Shown here piece by piece: positions 1 through 7,833 of a stretch of 11,945 nt of DNA. Below the pieces are notes generated by a model that made no database searches, was not told the DNA's origin, and saw only the letters and a program-made list of their open reading frames with translations. Both the position numbers and the translations under genes were made by a program. Position 1 is the first letter of the stretch. Each line of letters opens with the position of its first letter. The stretch is from a virus: positions 1 through 11,945 of the IMG/VR virus record IMGVR_UViG_3300037154_000081. One strand, 5' to 3'.

Positions 1-1188
1 ATGAAATACTTAAGCGAAAGAATAACACAGCAAATAGATTTAGGTTCAGTTCAAACCAAAGGTATGTATAAATATGAAGTTCAAGTTTCAGATAGAACGG
101 AACAGAGTGGATGGTGGACTGTATTTGTTGGTAATTATTACAACAATGCTGAACGTTATCATACGTTTGATATTACTGATTTATGTAGAAGCAGAAAAAG
201 AAATGTTCACGTAAGTTATGGTAAAACATTTGATACAGATGTTCCACTTGTTGAACAATATAGAATAATTGTAACAAAAAGTGATGATACCACCGTTACA
301 GGTTCAACAATAACTGTAGCACATGTTTATCCATATCCAAACATACAAAAAACGTCACTTTTTATGTATCCTTCTTCTATATTTTTTGATATTATAAATG
401 GTTCAAAAAACGATGTTAGTTTATTGTTACAGGGTAATAACAGATATAGAACTGGAACAAATAATTTATACCTTTGCCCAAGATACCCTTTGGTTAATGA
501 TGAACAGGATTTAGATTATGATTATACAATGACATTTGGTGCTACAATTGAAATTGGTAGTTCACAACAGCGTGTAACATTTTTTACTATTGAAGCAGGT
601 GAAGATTATACAAATACAGATAATTGGCATGGGTATTATGAATTAGAATATTTAGGAATGGAAGGATATTCACATACTTTCTTTGATGCATATAGTAAGT
701 TCTTTCAAGCATCCCAAGACTTACCAATGAATGTTGATTATTGGGTATATATGACATGGAAAAATGTTAATGGTGTGCAACAATACCGTAGAATAGCAAT
801 CATTGAAGCATGTAAGAGTAGATATTACTTACTATGGCAAGATAGGTTTGGTTCTTATCAGTCTCAGCCATTTAAAGGTAAATTAGAGTATTCAGAAAAC
901 ATTACTAATAGTGAGTATACAAATTATAAAGGTGAAAGGTATAAATACAATGTACAAGTACAACCTAAATGGAAAATCAATTCTGGATGGATTACAGAAG
1001 ATTTATACCCATTCTATGAAAGTATCTATGTAAGTCCAATATTGAAATTATATGATACAGAAACACAGGCAGAATATGATGTAATACTTAATGATAACTA
1101 CGTTGAAAAGAAATATGAAAATAGCAAAAGAATGCTAAATATTCAACTTAATCTTGAAGCAACGGAGAAACAAAATATAACCTACTAA
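1..1188 (+). CDS. Phage tail-tip/baseplate structural protein, function unresolved (possible distal-tail-protein-like C-terminal domain with a large N-terminal extension)
   Basis: 395-codon ORF. Its ATG is at window position 1, so the true start cannot be confirmed. TAA at 1186-1188 lies 1 nt before the next ATG (TAAtATG), suggesting translational coupling. N/Y/T-rich beta-type composition with no TM segment or catalytic motif I recognise. The C-terminal ~130 aa ('CKSRYYLLWQDRFGSYQSQPF' to 'RMLNIQLNLEA') resembles beta-sandwich tail-tube/Dit-type modules from memory. Function is inferred mainly from its position next to the 1072-aa tail protein. Confidence 0.5.
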   Translation: MKYLSERITQQIDLGSVQTKGMYKYEVQVSDRTEQSGWWTVFVGNYYNNAERYHTFDITDLCRSRKRNVHVSYGKTFDTDVPLVEQYRIIVTKSDDTTVTGSTITVAHVYPYPNIQKTSLFMYPSSIFFDIINGSKNDVSLLLQGNNRYRTGTNNLYLCPRYPLVNDEQDLDYDYTMTFGATIEIGSSQQRVTFFTIEAGEDYTNTDNWHGYYELEYLGMEGYSHTFFDAYSKFFQASQDLPMNVDYWVYMTWKNVNGVQQYRRIAIIEACKSRYYLLWQDRFGSYQSQPFKGKLEYSENITNSEYTNYKGERYKYNVQVQPKWKINSGWITEDLYPFYESIYVSPILKLYDTETQAEYDVILNDNYVEKKYENSKRMLNIQLNLEATEKQNITY

Positions 1189-1189
1189 T

Positions 1190-4100
1190 ATGAACACAAG
1201 GCTTTTTATTGAAAATAGAGAAATTGAGTTAGATGAAACGGTACAATTTGCCATCACAAAGCAATTTGAAGATTTATCTAACCCTACTACAATTATAAAT
1301 GATTGGAGTAAAACGGTATCTATTCCTTTTACTGCACGTAACAATGGAATATTTGGACATATCTATAATCCAGATAAGTTAACTGTTGAAGGAGGTTCTA
1401 ATCAACCGCTAACTGGTAATTACTTCAACCCATATAAGAAACTTGATATGAGATTACAATGGGGTGATGATGTTCTTATGGTTGGTTATGCTAAAATGAA
1501 TGAGGTTAAACAGAACAATGGCAAAGGTACTTATGAGTTAACATTATTTGGACAATTAGGTAAAGTATTTCAGGAGATGCAAAAGATTACGTTTGATACC
1601 ACTACTGATAATACCGATTACTTGATACATGGCGAAGAATATGTTAGTGAAAACATAAATAGAAACCTTGTTTTCCGTTCATGGAATACATCAGGACAAA
1701 GAAGTAAAAAAGTTCTAAAGAAAGGAGAAACTGGGTATCAGATTACTGATATTATTGGCTTTGCGCCTAACAACAGTTTTTCAGAAGGATTTAACTATGA
1801 TACTTATCAAGATTCAAATAATTCTTCAAATTTGTTTGTTGATAATTTACAAAATGCCGATTTCCAAACAAAAACAGGTATTGAACCTTCTGCTGTAATA
1901 CATAATGGTGTTTTACCGCGTGAAATAGGTGAATATAGAAGTTATTTGCAATTACCATATATCTACTGGAACAAACTCTTCCAAATATTTCAAAAGAAAG
2001 CAGAAGAAGTAACAGGGTATAAGTTTAAGTTGGATGGAACTTGGTTTAATTCCTCTAATCCGTATTGGTATAATTTAGTTTATATGCTAAAGCCATTTAA
2101 CACTAAAAAAACAGAAGGTGCAACTAATTATTATAATCCACATATATATAACTTTACGTGGATGGGTAAAACTGACACTAATATACATGAAAGTTATGTA
2201 ATGATTCCAACTACAACTGAAACATTTAAATTAGTTGAAGATTTTGATGCATATCCTTCTAGATTTGTAATTACAGATAAAGATGAAGTATATGTGAACT
2301 ACTCACTTGGATTAGAATTACATGATAATGGTTCTTCAAATCCGTATTCATTAAGACTACACAAAGATAACTATGTGAATATTAAAGTAGATTTACTTGA
2401 TTCAAGTAATAATATAATTAAGACTGAAAAATATGCTATCTGTGACTATGAATGTAGTTATATGGATGAAATAAAAAACACTTATAAACAAGAGAACATT
2501 TTAACATATAATGAATTAACAAGAACAGGCGAATATCCACACAGGCTAAGATATATTATCATTAATCCAACATTTACCTATATGTTGAAATCATATAAAG
2601 GGTTAGAATATAAGTTTAGAATTTCTAGTAATTGGAAATATGGCACATATAGATTTATGACTAAGTACAAATCAAGTGATAGTTATGTTGGTACTACCCC
2701 TGAAACAGTATTAAAGTATTCAAATAATAGTTTAATATCAGCGCAATTATCACTTGAAAGGAGAAGTAATTCATACTTTATATTAAATGATTTGTGGAAT
2801 AATGAATATAACATTTTCAATGAAGTTCTAAAGTACTGCAAAAAGTTTAGATTGATGTTCAGAGAAGATGTTTTTAATAAGCAAATAGAAATTCTTACTT
2901 TTAGTACCTACTTTAAGAAATATTCTGTTACTGATTGGACAAATAAAATTGATAAATCTAAAGATTTCAACATTAAACCTATTTCATTTGAAAACAAGTA
3001 TGTGCTATTTAATCATAAAGACAGTAATACTAAATTAGGAAAACAATATAAAGAAAAATACGGTTTAAATTATGGTGATTATAGAATTGTAACAGATTAT
3101 AACTTTAATACAAAAACTAATAAGTTGTTTGACGGTATAACACCTTCTATTACTAATACTGATAATATACTATCTTGGACTAATTTACGTAATTATTTTA
3201 ACATTGTATATAGTTTTCCAAGTGAAATATATGTTTATAACAAAGATAAGGACAACAAACAAGTAGATATATTTGGTGCATATTTCTTTCATAATGGATT
3301 AACAACATTTAGTAAAGAACAAGCATTACATCTGCATGATGTTTGCATAAGTGATGATACAGCATATCAGGATGACATTAATACCTATTTCTATTCCAGA
3401 AATTTTAATAGTGTTTCAGTTGAATCATATCCAAACCTAGATATTGTAAAAGGTGATTTTATAAATACTTTCAATTTACCTAAAGAGAATTACACCTATA
3501 ATAATAACTATGACAACAAAGCAGGCATTTATAGTAATTTCTGGGAGAAATATATAGATGAAAGATATAACATACAAAATAAAATCATTACGTGTTATGT
3601 ATTAATAAAGCCAAGCGAATATAATCAATTTGAATGGAATAAACTTGTTAAGGTTGGAAACCAACTATGTATTGTTAATAAAATCTATGATTATAACATT
3701 ACAAGTAATCAACCAACAAAGGTAGATTTGGTTACAATTCAAGATATTAATGCTTATACTGATGATTCATATTTTGATGCTTTAGATAAATTGGATTTAC
3801 ATGTACCTGAAAAATCTTATTTTAATAGTAGTATTATGAATGAACCTAGAATTTTAGGAACATTTGATGCTGTTACTGATGTAACATTTGCAAATGCAAG
3901 TAAAACATATATTGCTAACAATGTTAAGTTCACAATAATTGATGATACAATATATTATCAAACGATTGCAGAATATCTGGATAAAGAAGATATAGAGTTT
4001 ACAGTTACATTACGTAATGAAAACTATACTGCATCATTTAATTGTGTTAGATACTCAACATATCCATATCCTTGGATTATAATTGAAGATTCTAATGGTA

Positions 4101-4408
4101 AGGAAGTTTCAAGCATATACCCAGGCAGCAGAGTTTACAAATTCAAGTGGCATGGTACTGAAACTGAAGGATTAGATAATAAACCAACTATTACTATTGA
4201 AAATCATGGTACGGGTTCTGCTACAATCGGTAATGATTGGGTTGAGAATTGGATTATGATACAGGAAGGTGATGATGAATGGTTTAGAAATGAGTATGAG
4301 GTAACATTAAATACCAATATGACAAACTATAGTGGCACATACCTTAGATTTATAGTAACTGATAAAGCAGGATGGCATGAAACAAGGGATTATCCAATTT
4401 CAATATAA
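1190..4408 (+). CDS. Large (1072 aa) tail-tip / host-recognition structural protein (hub, central fibre or receptor-binding protein candidate)
   Basis: Uninterrupted 1072-codon ORF abutting the upstream gene. Very Asn/Tyr/Ile/Lys-rich (e.g. 'NYTYNNNYDNKAGIYSNF'), as is typical of phage tail fibre/baseplate proteins in AT-rich genomes. The N-terminal block 'LFIENREIELDETVQFAITKQFEDLSNPTTIINDWSKTVSIPFTARNNGIFGH' looks like a conserved attachment domain. The C-terminal ~200 aa (nt ~3780-4405) reads as two beta-rich modules. No lysozyme, peptidase or depolymerase motif recognised. Size and position next to the tape measure support a tail-tip role. Confidence 0.6.
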   Translation: MNTRLFIENREIELDETVQFAITKQFEDLSNPTTIINDWSKTVSIPFTARNNGIFGHIYNPDKLTVEGGSNQPLTGNYFNPYKKLDMRLQWGDDVLMVGYAKMNEVKQNNGKGTYELTLFGQLGKVFQEMQKITFDTTTDNTDYLIHGEEYVSENINRNLVFRSWNTSGQRSKKVLKKGETGYQITDIIGFAPNNSFSEGFNYDTYQDSNNSSNLFVDNLQNADFQTKTGIEPSAVIHNGVLPREIGEYRSYLQLPYIYWNKLFQIFQKKAEEVTGYKFKLDGTWFNSSNPYWYNLVYMLKPFNTKKTEGATNYYNPHIYNFTWMGKTDTNIHESYVMIPTTTETFKLVEDFDAYPSRFVITDKDEVYVNYSLGLELHDNGSSNPYSLRLHKDNYVNIKVDLLDSSNNIIKTEKYAICDYECSYMDEIKNTYKQENILTYNELTRTGEYPHRLRYIIINPTFTYMLKSYKGLEYKFRISSNWKYGTYRFMTKYKSSDSYVGTTPETVLKYSNNSLISAQLSLERRSNSYFILNDLWNNEYNIFNEVLKYCKKFRLMFREDVFNKQIEILTFSTYFKKYSVTDWTNKIDKSKDFNIKPISFENKYVLFNHKDSNTKLGKQYKEKYGLNYGDYRIVTDYNFNTKTNKLFDGITPSITNTDNILSWTNLRNYFNIVYSFPSEIYVYNKDKDNKQVDIFGAYFFHNGLTTFSKEQALHLHDVCISDDTAYQDDINTYFYSRNFNSVSVESYPNLDIVKGDFINTFNLPKENYTYNNNYDNKAGIYSNFWEKYIDERYNIQNKIITCYVLIKPSEYNQFEWNKLVKVGNQLCIVNKIYDYNITSNQPTKVDLVTIQDINAYTDDSYFDALDKLDLHVPEKSYFNSSIMNEPRILGTFDAVTDVTFANASKTYIANNVKFTIIDDTIYYQTIAEYLDKEDIEFTVTLRNENYTASFNCVRYSTYPYPWIIIEDSNGKEVSSIYPGSRVYKFKWHGTETEGLDNKPTITIENHGTGSATIGNDWVENWIMIQEGDDEWFRNEYEVTLNTNMTNYSGTYLRFIVTDKAGWHETRDYPISI

Positions 4409-4437
4409 TAAATTAAAGAAAAATATATAACAATTAT

Positions 4438-6663
4438 ATGGCAACAGAAAATATAAAAGTAGTAAAAGTAGATACTGGTGCAGCACAAACGAGTGTAAAG
4501 GAATTGCGTAATGAATTAAAAGAGTTACGCAATACCTTGCTTAATACAACTGAAGGAACTGATGAATTTAACGAAGCACTTAGACAATCAGCAGAAATTC
4601 AACACACATTAAAAGAACAAATGGAGTTGATTAATGCTAATGCTATGGACTTTGGACAAATTGCAACCAACTGTACTAATGCTGTTGGTTCTATGGTTGC
4701 AGGCTTTCAGGCGGCTAAAGCCACTTTAAACTTGTTTGGTATAGAGAATGAAAGTGTAATTAAATCATTGCAGCAGATGCAAAATTTGATGGCAATAACG
4801 CAGGCTTTACCTTCAATTGATAAAGGTGTTAAGGCATTTAAGGCGTTAACAATGGCTATCAAAGGAGGAACATTAGGATTGCATGGTTTCAAGGCTGCAC
4901 TTGCTTCTACAGGTATTGGTTTAGCAGTAGTTGCTGTTGGTGCTTTGGCTGCAAATTTTGACAAGTTAAAGAGTTGGATTACTGGTACTAATGAGGAATT
5001 GGAGAAACAAAAGAAACTCCAAATGGAAGAACACCTTAAAAAAGTTAATGAACAACTTGATAAACGCTTAGACAGAGAGAAAGAAATAAGAAAACTAGCA
5101 GGGCAAAGTGATGTTGAAATTGCTGAGGAACGTGTTAAAAGCATAGAAAAAGAGATTAAAAAGAAAGAACAACTTATTGAAGCAAATAGACGTGAAGAAG
5201 CGCAAGCGTGGACATCTTATCAGATTAATCTCCAAGCGGGTAAAGCACAGAGTCTCTTGAATTCTCTTAAAGCAAAAGCCAATGCTATCCATGAAAAGGA
5301 AGTTACTTATCAAAGAGAACTTGATAATTTAAGAGAGAAAGCATTGAAGGATGCAAGAGAACAGTTGAAGATTGAACAAGAAAATGAAGCGGCGCGTGAA
5401 ATTAAAAGAAAAGCCGATGCAGCAGCCAAAGCTGCAGAGGATGCACGTAAGAAAGCAGAATATGCAAGAAAGAAACGTATTGAAGATGAAAAGAAAGCCG
5501 TAGAGGAACTTCGTAAGAAATATGGTGAACTTGCAGAAGATATTGCTTTGTATGATGCTACTGATTACGAAAAAGACTTGTCTTCATTAGCAAAGGCTGA
5601 ACAAAAGTCTATTAAAACAATTGAAGATGCACAAAAGAAGGGTATTATTTCAAAAGAACAATATGAGAAAGATAAACTTGCTATTGAGAAATACTATATT
5701 AAACTTCGTGACAATGCACAAAAAGAGGAAGCACAAAGGCAACGTGAACAAAGTATTGAATTGTTAGATACCTCTTATCAACTTGAACAGGCTAAGTTGC
5801 AAAAACAATATGATGAGAAGTTAATTTCTGAAAAAGATTTTACTGATAGAAAGAAAGAATTGTTAGAAACATACGTACAAGACTATGTAGATAACATTCA
5901 ATTCATGCTTGATACAGAGAATGGTTTGACTGATGAACAAATTCTTGATTTAACTACAAAAATCAATGAAGCACGTGCAATGTTAAAACCTGAAGAAACT
6001 ACTGAAGGTGAATCATTAACAAAAGGTATCTCTGAAGCAATTAATGCATCAGCATTGGCTTTAACAGATTTCTCAGATAATCCTGCTTGGGGTAACATAT
6101 TAAAGAATATTGCTACTTTAACAGCCAATTGGGATTTACTACACAAAAATATCAAAAAAGGTGGCAAAGAAGCATTTACTTCTTATGCACAAATTGCTGC
6201 AACTGCATTGTCAGCGGTTGCACAAATGATGAATGGTTTGGCTGCTGAACAAGATACTTCTAATAAAGAGGGGTTTGAACAATCAAAAAAATACCAAATT
6301 GCTGGTGCTACAATGTCAATGTTAGCGGGTATTGCATCTGCTTGGGCTTCTTCAATGCAACTTATGTTCCCTGCTAATGTTATTATTGGTTCTATGTTGT
6401 CTGCAATGATGTTAGGTACTGGTATAGCACAAATCCAGAAGATTAAACAAACACAGTTCAATGGTGGTGGTTCAACTAGTGCAGGTGCTACACCAAATAC
6501 AAGTGCAGTTAATTCTGTTATAGCCCCTGTTCAATACACATCCGATGTTAGAGGTGCTGAAATTGAAGGTGCAATCAAAGATACTAAAGTATATGTAACC
6601 GAAACAGATATTTCCAATACCCAAAACAAGGTAGAAGTAACAGAAAATGAAGCAAGATATTAA
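4438..6663 (+). CDS. Tail tape measure protein (TMP)-like
   Basis: 741-aa ORF with the classic TMP layout. N-terminal helical region ending in a Gly/Ala-rich hydrophobic segment ('AALASTGIGLAVVAVGALAANF', nt 4894-4959). About 340 aa of K/E/A/Q-rich predicted coiled coil (nt ~4984-5997). C-terminal cluster of hydrophobic small-residue helices ('IAGATMSMLAGIASAWASSMQLMFPANVIIGSMLSAMMLGTGIAQI', within nt 6175-6432). No enzymatic domain recognised. An alternative reading as a podovirus-type ejection/pilot protein cannot be excluded. Confidence 0.7.
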   Translation: MATENIKVVKVDTGAAQTSVKELRNELKELRNTLLNTTEGTDEFNEALRQSAEIQHTLKEQMELINANAMDFGQIATNCTNAVGSMVAGFQAAKATLNLFGIENESVIKSLQQMQNLMAITQALPSIDKGVKAFKALTMAIKGGTLGLHGFKAALASTGIGLAVVAVGALAANFDKLKSWITGTNEELEKQKKLQMEEHLKKVNEQLDKRLDREKEIRKLAGQSDVEIAEERVKSIEKEIKKKEQLIEANRREEAQAWTSYQINLQAGKAQSLLNSLKAKANAIHEKEVTYQRELDNLREKALKDAREQLKIEQENEAAREIKRKADAAAKAAEDARKKAEYARKKRIEDEKKAVEELRKKYGELAEDIALYDATDYEKDLSSLAKAEQKSIKTIEDAQKKGIISKEQYEKDKLAIEKYYIKLRDNAQKEEAQRQREQSIELLDTSYQLEQAKLQKQYDEKLISEKDFTDRKKELLETYVQDYVDNIQFMLDTENGLTDEQILDLTTKINEARAMLKPEETTEGESLTKGISEAINASALALTDFSDNPAWGNILKNIATLTANWDLLHKNIKKGGKEAFTSYAQIAATALSAVAQMMNGLAAEQDTSNKEGFEQSKKYQIAGATMSMLAGIASAWASSMQLMFPANVIIGSMLSAMMLGTGIAQIQKIKQTQFNGGGSTSAGATPNTSAVNSVIAPVQYTSDVRGAEIEGAIKDTKVYVTETDISNTQNKVEVTENEARY

Positions 6664-6716
6664 TAATCTGAAAAAACCTATATATTAGTTATAGAGGAAT
6701 GTAAATAAAACGCAAT

Positions 6717-7295
6717 ATGAAAGTTTTTTATATAAACATAGATGATGAACTGACGGGGATAAATGCCATTAGTTTGGTAGAATCCCCAGCAGTTGAAAAA
6801 GACTTTCTTTGTTTTAGTAAGGAAAAGGAAACAGTAAAACTAAACTTTGATAATGCTAAACGTGTTATATCTGGTGTTGTTTGTTTAGCAGATACACCTA
6901 TTTACAGATATAATGAAAAGTATGGTGAATATTACGTTGTATTCAGTAAAGAAACTATCCAAAAGATGGTTGAAAAATTTGCTAAAATGGACTTATTTAA
7001 ATCAGTAAACTTACAACACGATGATACAAAATTTGTTGATGGAATTTACATGTTTGAATCTTACATTATAAACAAAGAAAGGGGTATAAACCCTGTTGAA
7101 TTCTCAGATATACCTGATGGCAGTTGGATTGCTTCTTATAAGGTAGAAAATGATGAATTATGGGGTGAAATAATAAATGGTAATAAATTAAATGGTTTTA
7201 GCCTACAGGGGTTATTTGAGTTAGAAGAAAAATTCAGTGAACAGAAGCCTGTAGAAGAAACCTTTGATGAATGGCTTGAAAAACAATTAAATTAA
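6717..7295 (+). CDS. Prohead maturation protease-like protein (PBSX XkdF / Peptidase_S78_2-like)
   Basis: 192-aa ORF. 'INAISLVESPAVEKDFLCF' near the N-terminus, 'VNLQHDD' (His101) and 'LNGFSLQG' (Ser162) match my memory of the conserved blocks of the XkdF-like putative serine protease family. It lies immediately upstream of the scaffold and major capsid genes, the canonical protease position. No alignment was run. Confidence 0.65.
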   Translation: MKVFYINIDDELTGINAISLVESPAVEKDFLCFSKEKETVKLNFDNAKRVISGVVCLADTPIYRYNEKYGEYYVVFSKETIQKMVEKFAKMDLFKSVNLQHDDTKFVDGIYMFESYIINKERGINPVEFSDIPDGSWIASYKVENDELWGEIINGNKLNGFSLQGLFELEEKFSEQKPVEETFDEWLEKQLN

Positions 7296-7300
7296 AAACT

Positions 7301-7795
7301 ATGAATTTTTCTAACGTAATTAAACTCTGGAAAGCAATGCTTCAATTACAAGAAATCGAAACAGACAAAGCAAAACTTATTGTTGAATCTGAATTAGCAG
7401 AGGGTGTTGAGGTGTTTGTTGAAAAAGAAGAAGGTTATGTACCTGCTGAAGATGGTGAGTATGAAACGGAGGATAAGATTATTGTTGTAGCGGAGGGTAA
7501 AGTTACTGAAATTCGTGAGAAAGAAGTAAAACCTGAAGAAGTTGCACAAGAAGATGAACCAAAGAATGAAGATGAACCTAAAGCAGATGAACCTGATGAA
7601 AGGGATGCAAAGATTGCAGAAATGCAAGCACAACTTGATGAACTTAATGCTATTATAGCAGAAAGGGATGCAAAAATTGCAGAACTTGAAGCCTTGTTAG
7701 CAGAAAAACAGGCACAACTTGAAATGTCCGCTGAAGAACCAGCAAAAGAAAAGGTTAAGAAAGAAGAAAAAAGCGGTGCATTGAGATATTTTTAA
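7301..7795 (+). CDS. Capsid scaffolding protein
   Basis: 164-aa, strongly acidic (E/D/K-rich) ORF between the protease and the major capsid protein. Contains a C-terminal heptad-type coiled coil with a duplicated 'ERDAKIAE' motif and an N-terminal 'EGVEVFVEKEEGYVPAEDGEYETEDKIIVVAEGKVTEI' block of the kind seen in phage scaffold/XkdF-associated proteins. The start is 5 nt after the protease stop. Confidence 0.65.
   Translation: MNFSNVIKLWKAMLQLQEIETDKAKLIVESELAEGVEVFVEKEEGYVPAEDGEYETEDKIIVVAEGKVTEIREKEVKPEEVAQEDEPKNEDEPKADEPDERDAKIAEMQAQLDELNAIIAERDAKIAELEALLAEKQAQLEMSAEEPAKEKVKKEEKSGALRYF
7598..7684 (+). repeat. Imperfect 24-nt direct repeat (23/24 identical) inside the scaffold gene, 63 nt apart
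   Basis: gaaagggatgcaaagattgcagaa at 7598-7621 and gaaagggatgcaaaaattgcagaa at 7661-7684. Both encode ERDAKIAE, and the 21-codon spacing equals three heptads. Just upstream, 'gatgaacc' (DEP) occurs three times, at 7553, 7571 and 7586. Confidence 0.85.
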
Positions 7796-7833
7796 AAAAT
7801 GAATAATTAACTAATTAAACCTAAATTAAAACT

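Noticed and set aside
2105-2111. A7 runs inside coding regions (2105-2111 in the 1072-aa gene; 6285-6291 in the tape measure) as programmed slippage sites
   Set aside because: No alternative-frame ORF of meaningful length follows either run. Homopolymer A-runs are expected in Lys-rich, AT-rich genes.
328-4071. Shared 11-mer 'tatccatatcc' (328-338 and 4061-4071), encoding YPYP in both tail proteins
   Set aside because: It is a single short match with no extended flanking similarity. It is most likely coincidence rather than a repeat, recombination site or paralogy signal.
4707-6461. Minus-strand ORFs 4707-5144, 5095-5313, 5898-6167 and 6183-6461, antisense to the tape-measure gene
   Set aside because: They lie entirely within a long, well-supported + strand ORF. 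Their translations are low-complexity (L/S/F/C-rich), as expected from reading GAA/AAG/GCT-rich coiled-coil codons backwards. They have no start context, and no other minus-strand gene exists in the window.
6677-6697. Possible hairpin after the tape-measure gene (cctatata / tatagagg)
   Set aside because: It has only 7 mostly A-T pairs with an internal A.G mismatch and no following T-tract. It is too weak to call a terminator.
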